Origin: Zymomonas mobilis subsp. mobilis ATCC 10988
Lineage (GTDB): Bacteria; Pseudomonadota; Alphaproteobacteria; Sphingomonadales; Sphingomonadaceae
NCBI RefSeq assembly: GCF_000175255.2
Contig: NC_017262.1
Coordinates: 1,020,001-1,052,000 of the forward strand
DNA length: 32,000 nucleotides
Direction: 5' to 3'
Below are positions 17,110 through 28,084 of the stretch, one piece after another. The translations under genes were made by a program, and so were the position numbers. Every line of letters begins with the position of its first letter. Position 1 is the first letter of the stretch. The notes beneath the pieces are model-generated. The model ran no database searches and was not told the origin of the DNA. It saw only the letters and a program-made list of their open reading frames with translations.

Positions 17110-17889
17110 ATGCCACGTTTGAAGAATAAAATATGTGTCGTGACGGGTGCTGCGCGTGGTATCGGGTGGGCTATTGCTGCTGCTTTTCAGCATGAGGGTG
17201 CCAAAGTTATTGTGACTGATATAGATGAAGTCACAGGTAAAAAGACAGCGGCTGAAATCGGCGGGCAATTTCAAAAGCTGGATGTCCGCGAAGAAAAAGA
17301 CTGGCAAAATTTGGCAGAGATAGTGCCTGTTGTCGATGTCGTGGTCAACAACGCCGGAATAACAGGTTTTGAGAATGGAGCTGTTGCCCATGATCCAGAA
17401 CATGCCACTTTAGAAGATTGGAGAGCTGTCCATCGGGTTAATCTGGATGGATGTTTTCTGGGTTGCCGTTATGCGATTGCGGCGATGAAGAACAAGGGAA
17501 CGGGATCAATTATCAATATTTCTTCCCGTTCGGGGTTAGTCGGAATTCCCCTAGCCGCCGCTTATGCTTCATCAAAAGCCGCTATTCGTAACCACAGTAA
17601 AAGCGTCGCCCTTTATTGCGCCCAGCAAGGCTGGAAAATTCGCTGTAATGCGATTAATCCGGCCGCTATTTTGACTTCGATATGGGAGCCTATGCTGGGG
17701 GATGGGGACGACCGCGAAAAGAGAATGCAAGCTCTAGTCGCCGATACGCCTCTAAAACGATTTGGACTGCCAGAAGAGGTGGCGGCTGTTGCGGTTATGC
17801 TTGCTTCGGATGAGGCTACTTACATGACTGGGGCTGAATTCAATATTGATGGCGGGTTATTGGCTGGTTCTGCTGCAACTCCGAAATAG
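17110..17889 (+). CDS. SDR-family oxidoreductase (classical, NAD(P)-binding)
   Basis: SDR motifs are [17 protein letters not shown] and the catalytic YASSKAA. The substrate cannot be determined from sequence. Confidence 0.88.
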   Translation: MPRLKNKICVVTGAARGIGWAIAAAFQHEGAKVIVTDIDEVTGKKTAAEIGGQFQKLDVREEKDWQNLAEIVPVVDVVVNNAGITGFENGAVAHDPEHATLEDWRAVHRVNLDGCFLGCRYAIAAMKNKGTGSIINISSRSGLVGIPLAAAYASSKAAIRNHSKSVALYCAQQGWKIRCNAINPAAILTSIWEPMLGDGDDREKRMQALVADTPLKRFGLPEEVAAVAVMLASDEATYMTGAEFNIDGGLLAGSAATPK

Positions 17890-17896
17890 CACCAAT

Positions 17897-17928
17897 AAAA
17901 AAGCCCGATTTTATCAATCGGGCTTTTT
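17897..17928. terminator. Bidirectional terminator between convergent genes
   Basis: GCCCGATT (17903-17910) pairs with AATCGGGC (17916-17923). It is flanked by AAAAAA and TTTTT. Confidence 0.8.
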
Positions 17929-17950
17929 ATTGTGGATGGAATCGACGCTT

Positions 17951-19222
<1,272 letters not shown>

Positions 19223-19275
19223 TCAGGTAAGAAAGCAAAATATATCTTTTACTTTACTGGCCATGGCGGCGGTTT

Positions 19276-19947
19276 TTAGCGAAGTAATTTTGCCTTGACT
19301 AGCCCGAACAGGTCATGGCCGATGAGAAATCCGGATTTTAAATCCTGTAGAGATAACAGCGATTCTTTGGCGTTGCCGCTTGATAATAAGCGCTCGCGTA
19401 GGAGACCGGGAAGAAGCCCCAATGAGCGCGGTGGCGTTAACAGCCTATCGTTATCCTGAATAAAAATATTGCCTAAGGCTGTTTCTGTCACATGGCCGGA
19501 TGGATCAATAGCAAGCCAAATATTAGTATTCTTGCCTGAAATATCATTGGCTACCCGTGGTAGCAGCGCATGATAAAGTCTTTCATCATTGGCCGGACAA
19601 GATCGTTGAACGGGAAAACATTCAATTATTTTTTCGGGTGCATTTTCTGGTGGAGCAATTTCAACGGCAATTCGGCCATTATAATTGATAACCAACCGAA
19701 TAAAATGAGGCTTTATCAGAGGAAAACAGGCCATATGAAGCATATTGCGAACAGCATGGCGATTATAAGTGAAGCCCAGTGTTTGAGTTGAATTTTCAAG
19801 CCGTGCCAGATGTTCTTCCAGATTGGCGATGCCCCCCAAAGGTTCAAAACGCATTGTTTCTACCAGCGCTTTTGACTCTTTTGCTATCTGGATAGGGTGC
19901 GGCTCAATCAATTTTAGCCTTTCTTTTATTGTAGGGGTTTCTTTCAT
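19276..19947 (-). CDS. Aminotransferase class-IV fold protein (aminodeoxychorismate-lyase-like)
   Basis: 223 aa, with FEPLGGIANLEEHLARLENS... and ALGNIFI...LLTPP...GLLPG resembling short PabC/IlvE-fold proteins. The assignment is by pattern only, and I did not pinpoint the catalytic Lys. Confidence 0.55.
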   Translation of the reverse strand: MKETPTIKERLKLIEPHPIQIAKESKALVETMRFEPLGGIANLEEHLARLENSTQTLGFTYNRHAVRNMLHMACFPLIKPHFIRLVINYNGRIAVEIAPPENAPEKIIECFPVQRSCPANDERLYHALLPRVANDISGKNTNIWLAIDPSGHVTETALGNIFIQDNDRLLTPPRSLGLLPGLLRERLLSSGNAKESLLSLQDLKSGFLIGHDLFGLVKAKLLR

Positions 19948-20249
19948 AAAAGTAAGGCCGATTAACTATACCATTCAATAACTTGAAAAGATTGATTGCG
20001 TAATAAAATTGCTATTTCGCAAGAATAAGAGAAAAAGGTAACTTCTTATTACTCTTTTAATATATTTATGCCACCAAAGAAATTAAATGAATTTAATCAC
20101 TTTTGGTGGTGGTTGAGAGAAGCCTGTCCTGAAATAGGCTGAAATCCGCCTTTTTTTGAGCCTATTTGCCCTGCTCCTTTAGGAATTATTCTGCCTCGCT
20201 ATGCGTTCAGTGATTGCACCGATTGCCAGAGCGTTATAACTAATAGTCT

Positions 20250-21692
20250 ATGACTATTGCTGACATAGCTGATGCGCCTCGCCATTTTCTCTATCGCCCC
20301 GGGCTGCTGACCCCGGATGATGCCAAGCGTTTGACATCACAAACACTTCACGGCTGTGATGATGGGGAGCTTTATTTACAATATAGTGTTTCCGAAAGTT
20401 TCTCTTTTGATGATGGCCGCCTGAAAAATGCGAGCTATGATAATCAGGCAGGTTTTGGTCTGCGGGGATTATCCGGTGAAGCGACTGCCTTTGCTCATGC
20501 AAGCGAGATTTCTGCTGATGCGATCAGGCGGGCAGGGGAAACCTTGCAGTTATTAGACCCTCAAAAGGGTAACCATCCTTCGTCTCCGCTTCATACCAAT
20601 CGGCATCTTTATACCGAGGCTAATCCGCTCACTTTGAAGCCTTTTGCTGAAAAAGTAGCCTTGTGTCAGAAAATTGATGCAGCCGCGCGCGCCAGAGATC
20701 CGCATGTTTGTCAGGTCTCTGTCGGACTGTCGGCTTCATGGAGCGTGATTGAAATTGTCCGTCCTGATGGTTTTGTGGCTCAGGATATCCGGCCTTTGGT
20801 GCGGTTGAATATTTCGGTTGTCGTTGAAAAGAACGGACGACGCGAATCCGGATTTTACGGTTTCGGTGGCCGCTATCTTTACGATCCCCTTTTTGAAGAA
20901 TCGGCATGGCAAAAGGGTATTGATATGGCCTTAGCCTCGGCTTTGGTTAATTTAGAAGCGATACCTGCACCCGCTGGAGAAATGCCCGTTGTTTTAGGCC
21001 CGGGATGGCCTGGTGTATTGCTCCATGAAGCTGTCGGTCATGGGTTGGAAGGCGATTTTAACCGGAAGGGTTCTTCTGTTTTCTCTGGCCGGATTGGTGA
21101 AAAAGTCGCGTCTGAAGGGGTCACGGTTATTGATGATGGCTCTATCCCGAACCGGCGTGGTTCTTTGAGCATTGATGATGAAGGCACCCCGACTAGTCGC
21201 ACGGTTCTGATCGAAAACGGTATTCTGAAATCCTATATGCAGGATAGATTGAATGCGCGTTTAATGGGTATGAAACCAACGGGTAACGGACGGCGTGAAA
21301 GCTATGTCCATGCCCCGATTCCGAGAATGACGAATACCTTTATGGCGGCTGGACAGGATGACCCTGCCGAAATTATGTCCCGCGTCAAAAAAGGCATTTT
21401 TGCCAAGAATTTTGGCGGCGGCCAAGTCGATATTACCAGCGGTAAATTCGTCTTTTCTTGCACTGAAGCCTATATGATTGAAAATGGTCGTATTGCAGCC
21501 CCTATTAAAGGGGCGACTTTGATCGGTGACGGCCCGACCGTTCTGAATAAAATTGCCGCAATTGGTAATGATCTGGCTTTGGATGAAGGGGTCGGTATTT
21601 GCGGAAAAGGTGGTCAGTCTGTGCCTGCGGGTGTTGGACAGCCTACTTTGTTAGTTGAAGGTTTGACGGTTGGCGGAACGGCCACTGAATAA
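20250..21692 (+). CDS. tldD: Metalloprotease TldD
   Basis: 480 aa with HEAVGHGLEGD and a C-terminal PmbA/TldD-type glycine-rich region (GICGKGGQSVPAGVGQP). Confidence 0.92.
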   Translation: MTIADIADAPRHFLYRPGLLTPDDAKRLTSQTLHGCDDGELYLQYSVSESFSFDDGRLKNASYDNQAGFGLRGLSGEATAFAHASEISADAIRRAGETLQLLDPQKGNHPSSPLHTNRHLYTEANPLTLKPFAEKVALCQKIDAAARARDPHVCQVSVGLSASWSVIEIVRPDGFVAQDIRPLVRLNISVVVEKNGRRESGFYGFGGRYLYDPLFEESAWQKGIDMALASALVNLEAIPAPAGEMPVVLGPGWPGVLLHEAVGHGLEGDFNRKGSSVFSGRIGEKVASEGVTVIDDGSIPNRRGSLSIDDEGTPTSRTVLIENGILKSYMQDRLNARLMGMKPTGNGRRESYVHAPIPRMTNTFMAAGQDDPAEIMSRVKKGIFAKNFGGGQVDITSGKFVFSCTEAYMIENGRIAAPIKGATLIGDGPTVLNKIAAIGNDLALDEGVGICGKGGQSVPAGVGQPTLLVEGLTVGGTATE

Positions 21693-21718
21693 ACTGACTG
21701 ACTTGTGATAAAGAAAGA

Positions 21719-21750
21719 AAAGCGGGGCTTTTTAGGCTCCGCTTTTTTTT
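21719..21750 (+). terminator. Rho-independent terminator after tldD
   Basis: AGCGGGGC (21721-21728) pairs with GCTCCGCT (21736-21743, one G-U pair), followed by TTTTTTTT. Confidence 0.75.
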
Positions 21751-21980
21751 AAATAAAGAAGACAGAATCCTAAAAATAATTTTTATACTTAAAAAGTTTT
21801 TTTGTTTTTAAATGGCTTTTGGGTGAGGTAATTTTTAGATATATCTTTTTTAAATCAGAATAGTTTTTTGAAATAAAAAATCGAAACTGATAGTTTTATA
21901 AGCGTATAAAAAGTCGATAGACGGCTTTCTTATAGCGGGGTGTAAAACGGGTATAATAATGTGAGGAGAGGCCCGTAAAA

Positions 21981-22700
21981 GTGACTATGCCTGATTATAC
22001 GATAAAAGTGGCCTCTTATAATATTCACAAAGCAATCGGTGCTGATAAACGGCGCGACCCAGAACGGATTTTATCTGTTCTGGATGAAATCGATGCGGAT
22101 TGTGTCGTCTTGCAAGAAGCCGATCATCGTCTGGGGAAAAGACGCGCTATTCTGCCTTTTGATGCCTTGGCTGCGCATGGTTATAGCTATGTGCCATTAT
22201 CTTTGCGCTCTTGTAGCCTTGGATGGCATGGTAATGCCCTGCTATTACGCGATTTCGCCAGCTGTGTTGCATATGAGCGAGTCAGACTACCTCGTTTGGA
22301 ACCCAGAGGCGCGATTATCTGCGATATTAAAATTCGAGGTCGTGTTTGGCGATTGATAGGTTCGCATCTCGATTTATCGGGTCTGTTCCGGCGGCGACAA
22401 GTTGCCTTTATTGTTGATAGATTAAGAAATTTGCAGCGCGATTTGCCGACTGTGATTATGGGCGATTTTAATCAATGGCGCAGGCGGGATGGATGTCTGC
22501 GATTATTGCCGGATGATTTCTCTGTTTTACCAACTGGTGCCAGTTTTCCTGCCCAGCATCCTTTAGTCGGATTAGATCGTATTATTATAGCCCCCCAAAT
22601 TAGATATTTGGAATGTGGTGTTCACAATACGCCGCTTGCAAGGCAGGCTTCCGATCATTTGCCTGTTTGGGCGAAATTGGCTTTATCTCCAGATTTTTAA
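21981..22700 (+). CDS. Endonuclease/exonuclease/phosphatase (EEP) family protein
   Basis: EEP motifs are SYNIHK, VVLQEAD, GDFN and the C-terminal SDHLPVW. GAGGAGAGG precedes the candidate starts GTG 21981 and ATG 21987. AT-rich spacers flank the gene on both sides. Confidence 0.82.
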   Translation: MTMPDYTIKVASYNIHKAIGADKRRDPERILSVLDEIDADCVVLQEADHRLGKRRAILPFDALAAHGYSYVPLSLRSCSLGWHGNALLLRDFASCVAYERVRLPRLEPRGAIICDIKIRGRVWRLIGSHLDLSGLFRRRQVAFIVDRLRNLQRDLPTVIMGDFNQWRRRDGCLRLLPDDFSVLPTGASFPAQHPLVGLDRIIIAPQIRYLECGVHNTPLARQASDHLPVWAKLALSPDF

Positions 22701-22900
22701 AATTTTTATCAAAAAAATCAGTTTTTATGAATTTTTATGTCATTTTTGCCGCATAAATCCTGTGGAAAATAGCTGACTAAGTAATTTTTATTGTATAGTC
22801 TTCTGTGTCTGCGTTAATTTTTTGAAATATAAAAGTTATCTCGGCTTTATTAATTTTCATGACGCCGGCTCGTTCAGAGTCTTGAGGGATATATCGGGGA

Positions 22901-24250
22901 ATGCAGAGATTTTCATTAAAGGCGCCTGTTCTTTTGCGCTCTATGGCTAATTCGATAGGGTTTTGTAAAAAATTAATTGCACTACCCTTGTTATCTTGTG
23001 CCGTTCCGGCTCTGGCTGAAACGCCGGCCGCTGTAAATAGCGGGGATACCGCCTGGATGTTGATATCAACAGCGCTTGTGTTGTTGATGATTATCCCGGG
23101 CTTGGCATTATTCTATGTCGGCATGGTTCGGGCGAAAAATGCGCTTTCTCTTTTGACCCAGATGTTGTGCATGACCGCTCTTGTCATGGTTTTATGGCCT
23201 TTGATTGGATATTCTCTGGCCTTTAGCGGATCATCCCCTTTCTTTGGTAACTTGACCAATGCCTTTTTGAAAAAGGTAACGCCGGACAGCATCAATGGCA
23301 CGATACCAGAATATGTCTTTGTCTGTTATCAGATGACTTTTGCCGCAATTACGGCAGCTTTGGCTTTGGGCGGTTTTGCGGAAAGAATTAAATTTCGGGC
23401 AGTAATGCTTTTCACCCCGCTTTGGCTGGTCTTGGTTTATTTGCCACTCGCCCATATGGTTTGGTCTTCTGACGGTTATTTCTTCAAAATGGGCGTTCTG
23501 GATTTCGCCGGCGGGACGGTCGTTCATATCAATGCGGGTATTGCGGCTTTGGTTGGCTGCTTGATGATCGGTAAACGGAGCGGCTATGGCAAAGAACTGA
23601 TGGCACCCCATTCCATGATGATGACCCTGATCGGAACCGGATTGTTATGGGTTGGTTGGTTTGGCTTTAACGCAGGTTCAGCCTTGGGTGCCAATGCTTC
23701 TGCTGGTTTAGCGATGATAAACAGCTTTGTTGCGACGGCAGCAGCCATCCTTGTCTGGATCGCAACCGAGGCTCTCGTTGGTCGTAAGCCGTCGCTGCTG
23801 GGGGCTTGTTCCGGTGCTATTGCCGGTTTGGTTGCCATTACCCCTGCCGCCGGTAATGCGGGCCCGATGGGTGCTATCGCTATTGGCGCTTTGGCTTCTT
23901 TCGGCTGCTTCTGGATGGTCGTCTATGTCAAACCCAAATTGAAATTTGATGATGCGCTTGATGCTTTTGGTGTTCATGGCGTTGGGGGTATTATCGGTTC
24001 CATTGCGACGGGTTTGTTTTGTTCACCATTATTAGGTGGCCCTGGTAAAGCCGATTATATGATTGGGCATCAGCTCTTCTTGCAGATTTTTGCCGTGGTC
24101 GTTGCCGTTATTTGGTCAGCTATTGGTTCTGCTATTGCCTTTTACATCGTTGATAAACTGGTTGGTTTGCGCGTTACCAAGGAAGAAGAAGCGATGGGGC
24201 TGGATATCAGCGAGCATGACGAGCGGGCTTATAATATGAACTCGCTATAA
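22901..24250 (+). CDS. amtB: Ammonium transporter (Amt family)
   Basis: It has a signal peptide plus about 11 TM segments. The Amt signatures DFAGGTVVHINAG and DDALDAFGVHGVGGIIG (twin-His) are present. Confidence 0.93.
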   Translation: MQRFSLKAPVLLRSMANSIGFCKKLIALPLLSCAVPALAETPAAVNSGDTAWMLISTALVLLMIIPGLALFYVGMVRAKNALSLLTQMLCMTALVMVLWPLIGYSLAFSGSSPFFGNLTNAFLKKVTPDSINGTIPEYVFVCYQMTFAAITAALALGGFAERIKFRAVMLFTPLWLVLVYLPLAHMVWSSDGYFFKMGVLDFAGGTVVHINAGIAALVGCLMIGKRSGYGKELMAPHSMMMTLIGTGLLWVGWFGFNAGSALGANASAGLAMINSFVATAAAILVWIATEALVGRKPSLLGACSGAIAGLVAITPAAGNAGPMGAIAIGALASFGCFWMVVYVKPKLKFDDALDAFGVHGVGGIIGSIATGLFCSPLLGGPGKADYMIGHQLFLQIFAVVVAVIWSAIGSAIAFYIVDKLVGLRVTKEEEAMGLDISEHDERAYNMNSL

Positions 24251-24301
24251 AGGCTTGGATGCTGGTTTTCTTTTGAAAGACCTCTAGCCGAAAAAAGAAT
24301 G

Positions 24302-24336
24302 AAGCCGGATCTAGGAAACTGGATCCGGCTTTTTTT
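24302..24336 (+). terminator. Rho-independent terminator after amtB
   Basis: AAGCCGGATC (24302-24311) pairs with GATCCGGCTT (24322-24331), followed by TTTTTTT. Confidence 0.85.
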
Positions 24337-24644
24337 ATCGCGCCGGAAAGAGCCTGTACTTCTTTATTGACTTGAAAATCATCGGAGAGGGACTATTTTA
24401 ACAAAATCCCGATGGCGTTTTTCTTTTCTTTTACAATTCTATGATAATTGAATAATATTTCATTGTCCTTTGTAATAAAGGATAGAAAAATGGATTGGCC
24501 TAGTAAATTGTTTCTGTGACATTTGAAATTTTAAACTATATTATCATCTCTTGAGAGACTCTTCACATAGGCGTGCATCCATATTTGCTGGACGTGGATG
24601 TTTTGTAATGATTTTGTCCAGCCAACAAACCGGAGAACCGGACA

Positions 24645-25130
24645 ATGGCCGAAAAGGTCAACAATCTTCAGGATTTTTTCCTTAATACCTTGCGCAAGAC
24701 CCGCACACCGGTGACGATGTTTTTGGTAAAAGGTGTCAAATTACAGGGCGTTATCACCTGGTTTGACAATTTTTCTATTCTGCTGCGGAGAGATGGTCAG
24801 TCACAGCTGGTCTATAAACACGCTATTTCTACCATTATTCCGGCGCATCCGCTGGAACAGCTGCGCGAAAGCCGCAGTTTGATGGCTGAACGTAAATCCA
24901 GTTTGCTTCAGGATGTCTTTTTATCGGCGATTATGCAGCAGCAAGAACCGGTGACAATGTTTTTGATAAACGGGGTCATGTTGCAAGGTGAAATTGCCGC
25001 CTTCGATTTATTCTGCGTCTTGTTAACCCGTAATGACGACGCACAGCTGGTTTATAAACATGCGGTTTCAACAGTGCAGCCTGTGAAATCTGTAGATTTG
25101 ACAATGACAGAAAGGCGAGACGAGGATTGA
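24645..25130 (+). CDS. hfq: RNA chaperone Hfq with two tandem Sm domains (161 aa)
   Basis: There are two complete Sm1/Sm2 units: LQDFFLN...[14 protein letters not shown]...[10 protein letters not shown] and LQDVFLS...[14 protein letters not shown]...[10 protein letters not shown]. It lies directly upstream of hflX. Confidence 0.92.
   Translation: MAEKVNNLQDFFLNTLRKTRTPVTMFLVKGVKLQGVITWFDNFSILLRRDGQSQLVYKHAISTIIPAHPLEQLRESRSLMAERKSSLLQDVFLSAIMQQQEPVTMFLINGVMLQGEIAAFDLFCVLLTRNDDAQLVYKHAVSTVQPVKSVDLTMTERRDED
24666..25094 (+). repeat. In-frame tandem duplication inside hfq (period exactly 240 nt / 80 codons)
   Basis: CTTCAGGAT occurs at 24666 and 24906. CCGGTGAC(G/A)ATGTTTTTG occurs at 24708 and 24948. 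CAGCTGGT(C/T)TATAAACA occurs in both units. By hand alignment, residues 8-67 versus 88-147 give 33/60 identities with no indel. Confidence 0.9.
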
Positions 25131-26509
25131 GTGGTTTTGTCCGTTCCGAAGCCGATGGCGTTTCACATGGCGCCCGCGTATTGATCGTTCTTCCTGAACT
25201 GGAAGATAATAACAAGCGTTCGACCGAAGCCCGATTGGAAGAGGCAACTGGTCTAGCCTGTGCCATCGGGTTGGATGTTGTTTCCAAATTAGCTTTTCAT
25301 TTGCGCGCCCCAAAAGCCTCGACTTTGTTTGGCCCGGGGCAGGTTGAGCAGATTGTCACCGCAGCAAGAGATGAAGAAGTCGATCTGGTCATTGTCGATG
25401 GCCCTTTGACGCCGATTCAGCAGCGCAATCTTGAGACTTCTTTGGATGTAAAAGTCATCGACCGAACCGGTCTTATCCTTGAAATTTTCGGTGCGCGTGC
25501 AGCAACTGCTGAAGGGCGTTTGCAGGTCGAGCTCGCCCATTTGGATTATCAAGCGGGGCGTTTGGTTCGGACATGGACCCATTTGGAGCGTCAAAGAGGG
25601 GGCTTCGGATTTTTGGGCGGCCCGGGTGAAACCCAAATTGAAGCCGATCGCCGCATGATCCGTGACCGCATGGCAAAATTACGGCGTGATTTGGCACAAG
25701 TTACGCGGACACGTGGATTGCATCGGGCAAGACGGAAAAAAGCACCTTGGCCGGTGGTGGCCTTGGTCGGTTATACCAATGCTGGAAAATCGACCCTGTT
25801 TAACCGTATGACCGGAGCCGATGTCATGGCCAAGGATTTGCTTTTCGCAACCCTTGATCCAACGATGCGCCAGATTGCTTTACCCGGTATTGATAAGGCT
25901 ATTTTGTCAGATACGGTGGGTTTTGTTTCCGATTTGCCGACCCAGTTGGTTGCGGCCTTTCGGGCGACCTTGGAAGAAGTTACCGCGGCTGATCTTATTC
26001 TGCATGTCCGCGATATCGCCCAAGAAGATAGTGAATCCGAACGCGAAGATGTTGAGCGTGTTTTGGCTGAAATCGGGATTGCGCCTGTCGAAGACGGCGG
26101 AGAATTTGCTATTCCGGTTATTGAGGCTTGGAATAAAAGTGATCTTTTATCCGAAGAAGCTCATGAAAGCCTTGCCGCTGAAGCTGCGCGTCGTGATGAT
26201 GTTGCCTTGATATCAGCATGGACAGGGGAAGGCATCGAAGACTTACGGGAGTTGGTTTCCCAGAGACTTTCAGAAGCCCATCGCCTGCGTCATATTGATA
26301 TTCCGGTGACGGAAGGTCAGGCTATGGCTTGGCTTTATGCTCATGGCGATGTTGTCAGTGACGTGATGAATGACGAGACCGGAAAAATGGAATTCGACGT
26401 CAGAATGTCGGATGAAAATTGGGGACGTTTTATCGAACGCTTCGGTTTCTTGTATCAGGATATGTCTTCTTCTGAAGATGAATCCGAAGACTTGCATCCG
26501 TCTTTGTAA
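25127..26509 (+). CDS. hflX: GTPase HflX
   Basis: It has an HflX N-domain followed by a GTPase with G1 [10 protein letters not shown]3 DTVGF and G4 NKSD, and an acidic C-terminal tail. The TTG start overlaps the hfq TGA (TTGA), and there is no other in-frame start nearby. Confidence 0.9.
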   Translation: MSGFVRSEADGVSHGARVLIVLPELEDNNKRSTEARLEEATGLACAIGLDVVSKLAFHLRAPKASTLFGPGQVEQIVTAARDEEVDLVIVDGPLTPIQQRNLETSLDVKVIDRTGLILEIFGARAATAEGRLQVELAHLDYQAGRLVRTWTHLERQRGGFGFLGGPGETQIEADRRMIRDRMAKLRRDLAQVTRTRGLHRARRKKAPWPVVALVGYTNAGKSTLFNRMTGADVMAKDLLFATLDPTMRQIALPGIDKAILSDTVGFVSDLPTQLVAAFRATLEEVTAADLILHVRDIAQEDSESEREDVERVLAEIGIAPVEDGGEFAIPVIEAWNKSDLLSEEAHESLAAEAARRDDVALISAWTGEGIEDLRELVSQRLSEAHRLRHIDIPVTEGQAMAWLYAHGDVVSDVMNDETGKMEFDVRMSDENWGRFIERFGFLYQDMSSSEDESEDLHPSL

Positions 26510-26529
26510 GAAGACTATGACCCTTTCTT

Positions 26530-27096
26530 ATGGTTACTGATCCTTGTCCAGAGCTAAGCGGATTATTGCTTTTGGCTTTGCCCAATATAAGGGATGTCGA
26601 ATTTCAAAAAGCGGTTATCGCTTTATGTGCCTTTAATGAAAAAGGGGCTTTGGGGCTGAATATTGGTCGCATTATTCCCGATGTGACGTTGCATTCTTTG
26701 ATGCATCAATTGGGTATTCAGCCCGGCCTTGTTCCTGATCGACCTGTTCATGATGGTGGCCCCTGTGAACCCCAGCGTGGGATGGTATTGCATAGTCGCG
26801 ATTGGCATAGTCCTGATAGCATGATGGTTGGGCAGGATTGGGCTTTGACCTGTACTCTGGACGTGCTTCATGCGCTTAGTCGAGGAGAAGGCCCGCAGCA
26901 TTGGCTGGTTGCCTTAGGCTATGCTGGCTGGGGCGCTGGTCAACTGGATCAGGAAATGAAACAGGCGGATTGGTTTCTTTCCAAAGTGGATGACCAATTA
27001 CTCTTTTCTTGTCCGGCAGAAAATCGTTGGCAGCAGGGATATCAACAGGCTGGTGTCGATTTTTATCGTTTGGCGACAAAAATAGGGCAGGCTTGA
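26530..27096 (+). CDS. YqgE/AlgH family protein (UPF0301)
   Basis: Characteristic segments are F.KAVI.LC.....GA.G...[15 protein letters not shown] and [16 protein letters not shown]. Confidence 0.8.
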   Translation: MVTDPCPELSGLLLLALPNIRDVEFQKAVIALCAFNEKGALGLNIGRIIPDVTLHSLMHQLGIQPGLVPDRPVHDGGPCEPQRGMVLHSRDWHSPDSMMVGQDWALTCTLDVLHALSRGEGPQHWLVALGYAGWGAGQLDQEMKQADWFLSKVDDQLLFSCPAENRWQQGYQQAGVDFYRLATKIGQA

Positions 27097-27235
27097 CGAT
27101 AGATAATGTCTTTCATTCTTTGATATATTTCTTTTGTAGAAGAAAATATTTTTCAAGAATATTACTTTCTAGAAGCTGAAAGAATGATCCCACCGATTGG
27201 ATGCATGTCTCATTTATCCCGATAAAGGAGAGAAT

Positions 27236-27862
27236 ATGGCTGATATCCGCGAACCTGTGCTGTTGACAGCCGCTTTGACTGATTTGCATCCTACCCAGAT
27301 TTCGGTCGGTATGCGGGAAGTCGAAAATAAACGCGAAAATTGGCGCGAAAAAGAGGATGATAAAAAATCTCTTTATCTTGGTAGCCATTTAATTCCGGTG
27401 GTTCTGGGGGATCAGAGTCAGCCTTTTGTTGTTGATCATCACCATCTATGTCGCGCGCTTTTAGAAGAAGGGGTGACTAAAGTTGCCTTATCCGTGATGG
27501 CCGATCTTTCTTCTTTGGAAAAAGATCATTTCTGGTTTGTTATGGATAGTCAGCGCTGGATGCATCCTTTCGATGAAAAGGGCATCCGCCGTAGTTATCA
27601 GGATATTCCCGATAGTCTGACCGAGATGAAAGATGATCCTTATCGTTCTCTGGCCGGTTCTTTGCGTCGTGCCGGAGGATATGCCAAAGACGTGACACCT
27701 TTTAGTGAATTTTTATGGGCAGATTATTTGCGGCGGCAATTTAACGGAGCCGATATTGCACATAATTTCAATGATTTTTTGGAAAAAGCCTTGATTCTTG
27801 CTCATGACAAAAAGGCTTCCTATTTGCCCGGATGGTGTGCGCCGCAAGTAAAGCATGTCTAG
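27236..27862 (+). CDS. ParB/Srx-fold protein (ParBc_2-like 'putative ParB-like nuclease')
   Basis: AAGGAG at 27225-27230 precedes ATG 27236, whereas the track's TTG 27197 lacks an SD. It carries L.DLHPTQISVG and the ParB-box-like VVDHHHLCRAL, followed by a helical C-terminal half. The family assignment is by motif memory and is not verified. Confidence 0.65.
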   Translation: MADIREPVLLTAALTDLHPTQISVGMREVENKRENWREKEDDKKSLYLGSHLIPVVLGDQSQPFVVDHHHLCRALLEEGVTKVALSVMADLSSLEKDHFWFVMDSQRWMHPFDEKGIRRSYQDIPDSLTEMKDDPYRSLAGSLRRAGGYAKDVTPFSEFLWADYLRRQFNGADIAHNFNDFLEKALILAHDKKASYLPGWCAPQVKHV

Positions 27863-28084
27863 ACATGATATTTCCCTGATCTTGTTTTCTCCAATATCCC
27901 TATGTATTTTCAGTAAATTATCTTTTTTTGCCTTTTTTCAGGCTTTATGATGAAAAAGCGATTGAATAACGCTTGCTATCAAGTTCTATAGGGTATTTGG
28001 GCAAGGCTTGCCTTATATTGGCTGTTGTTTTCGGGTGAGGATAACCAAGCGTCTGTCCATGCGCGAGGTTCGGGATTATTGTGC

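Noticed and set aside
22701-24250. amtB lacks an adjacent glnK (PII) gene, and I looked for a sigma-54 promoter upstream
   Set aside because: Absence of glnK in the window does not mean absence from the genome. I found no TGGCAC-N5-TTGC match in 22701-22900. This is not enough to claim unusual regulation.
27113-27388. Track ORF 27113-27388(-), 91 aa, in the yqgE/ParB-like spacer
   Set aside because: It overlaps the 5' end of the ParB-like gene in antisense and is AT-rich and Phe/Ile-rich (FFIILFFAPIFAFIF). This is a typical translation of an AT-rich spacer, with no motif support.
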